This document shows positions 60,945 to 64,000 of a stretch of DNA of 64,000 bases, piece after piece (position 1 is the first letter of the stretch; each line of letters begins with the position of its first letter). Source of the DNA: Candidatus Latescibacterota bacterium (lineage in GTDB: Bacteria; Latescibacterota; UBA2968). Below the pieces are notes generated by a model. It made no database searches. It was not told where the DNA came from and worked only from the letters and a program-made list of their open reading frames with translations. Location: the NCBI GenBank assembly GCA_965222605.1, contig OZ244960.1, positions 1,952,001 through 2,016,000 on the forward strand. The letters run 5' to 3'. Both the position numbers and the translations under genes were made by a program.

Positions 60945-62343
60945 CAGATAGCCCGTAAACCCCATCGGCTTTAGCGATGGTATAAAGAGTGGCTCTACGA
61001 ATCCCTGCTTTCGCAGGGACATGCTTATGGGGTGGTGCAAGAGCGTTGGGGCACAATCATCAAGGGATTGTGGGCGGTGAGTCATTGTGATTCGTCCGCT
61101 CATTCCACCTGCCTGTGCGTCACCGCACGCAGACAGGCGAAAAATGGGTTGACGAAATACGCTCATAAGTGTATATTTTTATTATGCTTAAGTCCTTCAA
61201 ATACAGACTGCGCCAGACGAAGAAACAGGAGAAAATCCTACTGGCTCACATTGAAGAATGTCGCTTGCTGTATAACCAGCTTGTCTGTGCAAGAGTCCAA
61301 GCATGGCAGCAAAAGCATCAGTCTTTGTCCTGCTATGACCAGATAAAAACCATTCCATTGATGAAGAAACAACGACCTGAATTTACGCAAGTGTATAGTC
61401 AGGTGTTGCAACAGGTCGCGGTACGGGTTGATCTTGCATTCAAGGCGTTCTTTCGTCGTGTTAAAGCGCGGGCAAAGACGGGTGAGAAAGCAGGCTTTCC
61501 CAGATACAAAGGTCAGAATCGCTATGATTCTATCACCTATCCTCAGTTTTCCAACGGATGCCGACTGGACGAGAAGGGCTTGCGATTGGGTAAGATAGGC
61601 TGTATTCGGATTGTGCAGCACAGACCCCTTGAGGGTATGCCTAAGTCTTGCACGCTCAGGCGCACAGCCACGGGCAAGTGGTTTGTTACTATCTCTTGTG
61701 ATATAGGCGACGCGCCTGAAAAAACAGACGCTGGTCCCGCCGTTGGCATTGACGTGGGGCTTGATAATTTTGCTATGTTTTCTGACAGAGAGAAGATAGC
61801 CAATCCTCGCTTTTTTCGGAAAGAGGAAAAGGTGCTTGCCAAAGCACAGCGCAAGTGGGACAAAGTGAAAAAAGCGTCGCCAAAGAAACGAGAGAAAGCG
61901 CGTAAAACTGTTGCCAGAGTGCATGAGCGTATCCGTAATAGACGGAATGATTTTGTTCATCAAGAAGCTCGGAAAGTAGTAAATAAGTATGGCTTTATTG
62001 CAACAGAAAAGTTAGACACTAAAAAGATGCAAAAGAATCGTCGCTTGTCAAAAAGCATCTCAGATGCAGCGTGGTCACTGTTTCGGCATTGTCTCGAATA
62101 CAAAGCGGAAGAGGCTGGTATTGGATTCAAGGCCGTTGATCCTGAATACACCTCACAAGATTGCTCTTCTTGTGGGCACCGCGAGAAGAAAGCACTCTCT
62201 GATCGTGTGCATCATTGCAAAAAGTGTGGCTATACAGCAGACAGAGACCTCAATGCTGCGATAAACATATTGACTTTGGGATTACAAAGTCAGGTGGCTT
62301 GACCACCAAGAAGCCCAACTGCTCTACCGTTGGGAGTAATCAC
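60945..62343 (+). mobile_element. IS200/IS605-family TnpB-only element, copy 3
   Basis: Left end TTAT|CAGATAGCCCGTAAACCCC; right end AAGAAGCCCAAC...GTTGGGAGTAATCAC. Confidence 0.9.
61184..62302 (+). CDS. tnpB: RNA-guided endonuclease TnpB
   Basis: GIDVG, TEKL, DRDLNAA and zinc ribbon; promoter TTGACG-17 bp-TATATT ends 6 nt before the ATG. Confidence 0.95.
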   Translation: MLKSFKYRLRQTKKQEKILLAHIEECRLLYNQLVCARVQAWQQKHQSLSCYDQIKTIPLMKKQRPEFTQVYSQVLQQVAVRVDLAFKAFFRRVKARAKTGEKAGFPRYKGQNRYDSITYPQFSNGCRLDEKGLRLGKIGCIRIVQHRPLEGMPKSCTLRRTATGKWFVTISCDIGDAPEKTDAGPAVGIDVGLDNFAMFSDREKIANPRFFRKEEKVLAKAQRKWDKVKKASPKKREKARKTVARVHERIRNRRNDFVHQEARKVVNKYGFIATEKLDTKKMQKNRRLSKSISDAAWSLFRHCLEYKAEEAGIGFKAVDPEYTSQDCSSCGHREKKALSDRVHHCKKCGYTADRDLNAAINILTLGLQSQVA

Positions 62344-62403
62344 CGGTCTTTTGCCGTATATACTCCGTATTCGTTTTATATCTCTTCCTTTTTTATTCAA
62401 TTC

Positions 62404-64000
62404 ATGGCTCAATTACAAACGCCTATTCGCGTTGAAACCCCAGATACAGAATCCGAGAACCGGGTCCGCAAGACAGCTGTATTGGCGATGGTAGGTACGC
62501 TGGTATTTGCGTGTGCGATGTCAACTTATGTGGAATTGAGCACGCGATCCGGTCTCCTGGCAATGTCCAATCTGCCAATGACCGTATTATTGCCCTTTGT
62601 ATTCTGGCTTTTGGGCAATTCGGTATTGAAGCGTTTCTGGCCCCAGTTGTCCTTGTCTGCAACAGAGATGCGGGTGCTATTTTGTCTCTTGTGGGTAGGC
62701 GGTTTGTTCGCCGGTTTTAACTGGGCAACGCAGTGGGCCGGCATGATGGCTGCACCGCGTTATTTTGCGTCGCCAGAGAACCGCTGGGAAGAGTTATATT
62801 TTGACGATTTGCCCAACTGGATGCTGCCGTTAGACACTCCGGGTGTAGTCGATGGCTTCTATCAGGGAATATGGTCCGGCGTGCCCTGGGGCGCGTGGTT
62901 GGGACCGATTTTCTGGGCGGGATCTATCGCCCTGGCAATCACGGCCATTGGATTGGGATTAACCGCATTATTTCAAAAGCAATGGGCGCAACACGAGCGC
63001 CTGGTCTATCCCCTGGCCGAAGTATCCCTGGAACTCACCGAAGGATTTGATCGAAAACCGGGTTGGCCTGCCTTTATGCAAAATAAGGCATTTTGGGCGG
63101 GATTTTTTATCGCAGCACTACCCCTTTTGTGGAACATCGGAGAATATTTTATCCCCGATTTTCCACGCATTGCAATTTTTGACCCCATGTTCGGGCGAAC
63201 CGGGCGCAGAGGGGCACCCCTGTCCCGGTATTTGCCACCATTTGCCTTCTCCTATCGCATTCTGCCCACCCTGATGGGATTTACTTTTCTGTGCGATCTG
63301 AACATTCTGTTCAGCATCTGGTCGGTTTATCTCGTAGGACTGGGGGCACAATACGCCATGAATCGCGTGGGGTTCACAGTGGGAATGAGCGGGCAAGAAG
63401 CCGATGCAGGCGTCATTGTGAACCTTTTTTCGAACGGGGCGATGTTGGGACTAACTCTCTGGGCGATATGGGCAGCACGCGGGCATCTGAAACGCGTGTG
63501 GAGACAGGTTCGCAGTCCAGTTGCAGGAGAAGCGTCCGAGACAATGATTCTGTCTCCTCGAGGAACTTTTCTGGTGCTTGCGAGCGGATTGATATATATG
63601 GCATTCTGGCTTTATCAGTCGGGAAATAGCCCATCAACACTGATATTGTGGATGGCGGCATTCTGGATCGGCCTTTTTGTATCGATGAAGCTCGTGGCTG
63701 CCACTGGTTTCGCCTATTTATTTCCCTTTTGGGCAGGTGGAACGACCATACTGGGCGATATGTTTGTGGGCACGCGCAATATGTCCACACCCACGCTGGT
63801 AAGCACGCATATGGTGAATCACCGTTTGCTGGCAGGCTGGCGCGTGCCGACAGCGCTACCCAATATAGACCGGACAATGGCGGGCTCGACAAAGACAAAC
63901 CGATTGATCTGGATCGGCGTTCTTCTCGGAGTGATCATTGGCGCTTCTTATACGGTCTGGCTGTGTTATACCTGGGGCGGTGCCAGCTTTCATTCCTGGG
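62404..64000 (+). CDS. Polytopic membrane protein (DUF6785-like), runs off the window end
   Basis: Frame from ATG 62404 (MAQLQTP...) with SPENRWE and KQWAQHERLVYPL; paralogue of 56381-58345. Confidence 0.8.
   Translation, partial: MAQLQTPIRVETPDTESENRVRKTAVLAMVGTLVFACAMSTYVELSTRSGLLAMSNLPMTVLLPFVFWLLGNSVLKRFWPQLSLSATEMRVLFCLLWVGGLFAGFNWATQWAGMMAAPRYFASPENRWEELYFDDLPNWMLPLDTPGVVDGFYQGIWSGVPWGAWLGPIFWAGSIALAITAIGLGLTALFQKQWAQHERLVYPLAEVSLELTEGFDRKPGWPAFMQNKAFWAGFFIAALPLLWNIGEYFIPDFPRIAIFDPMFGRTGRRGAPLSRYLPPFAFSYRILPTLMGFTFLCDLNILFSIWSVYLVGLGAQYAMNRVGFTVGMSGQEADAGVIVNLFSNGAMLGLTLWAIWAARGHLKRVWRQVRSPVAGEASETMILSPRGTFLVLASGLIYMAFWLYQSGNSPSTLILWMAAFWIGLFVSMKLVAATGFAYLFPFWAGGTTILGDMFVGTRNMSTPTLVSTHMVNHRLLAGWRVPTALPNIDRTMAGSTKTNRLIWIGVLLGVIIGASYTVWLCYTWGGASFHSW

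Overview
This is a bacterial accessory-rich window. The lineage is probably FCB-group or Latescibacterota-like, which is only an inference from the TonB receptor / T9SS-type cargo / PorV triads, the GWxTD and DUF6785-like proteins and the sulfatases. In order it holds: an FRG-domain gene split by an IS256 element (8-bp TSD); a DUF4926 gene split by one of three TnpB-only IS200/IS605 elements (all inserted 3' of TTAT and ending TCAC); a sulfatase-like gene; an SfiI/BglI-type R-M pair; a high-GC CoA-transferase/CitE/MaoC cluster; a complete type I-E CRISPR-Cas locus (67 repeats, 66 spacers); catabolic and transport genes; ssb; a PIN/HicB-like TA pair; and two TBDR-cargo-PorV operons. The main find is a hidden one-spacer mini-array between cas3 and cas8e (15850-15938). 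Its two pseudo-repeats keep the repeat hairpin through compensatory changes. Its spacer matches the -35 region of the putative Cascade-operon promoter (15665-15680) at 15/16 nt, beside an AAC PAM, with the only mismatch at position 6. This is a CreR/CreA-like autoregulatory guide, and an 83-codon ORF with a strong RBS runs through it. A second find is that the same promoter and terminator arms flank two unrelated gene cargoes (DUF4926 and the R-M pair). All alignments and counts were done by eye.
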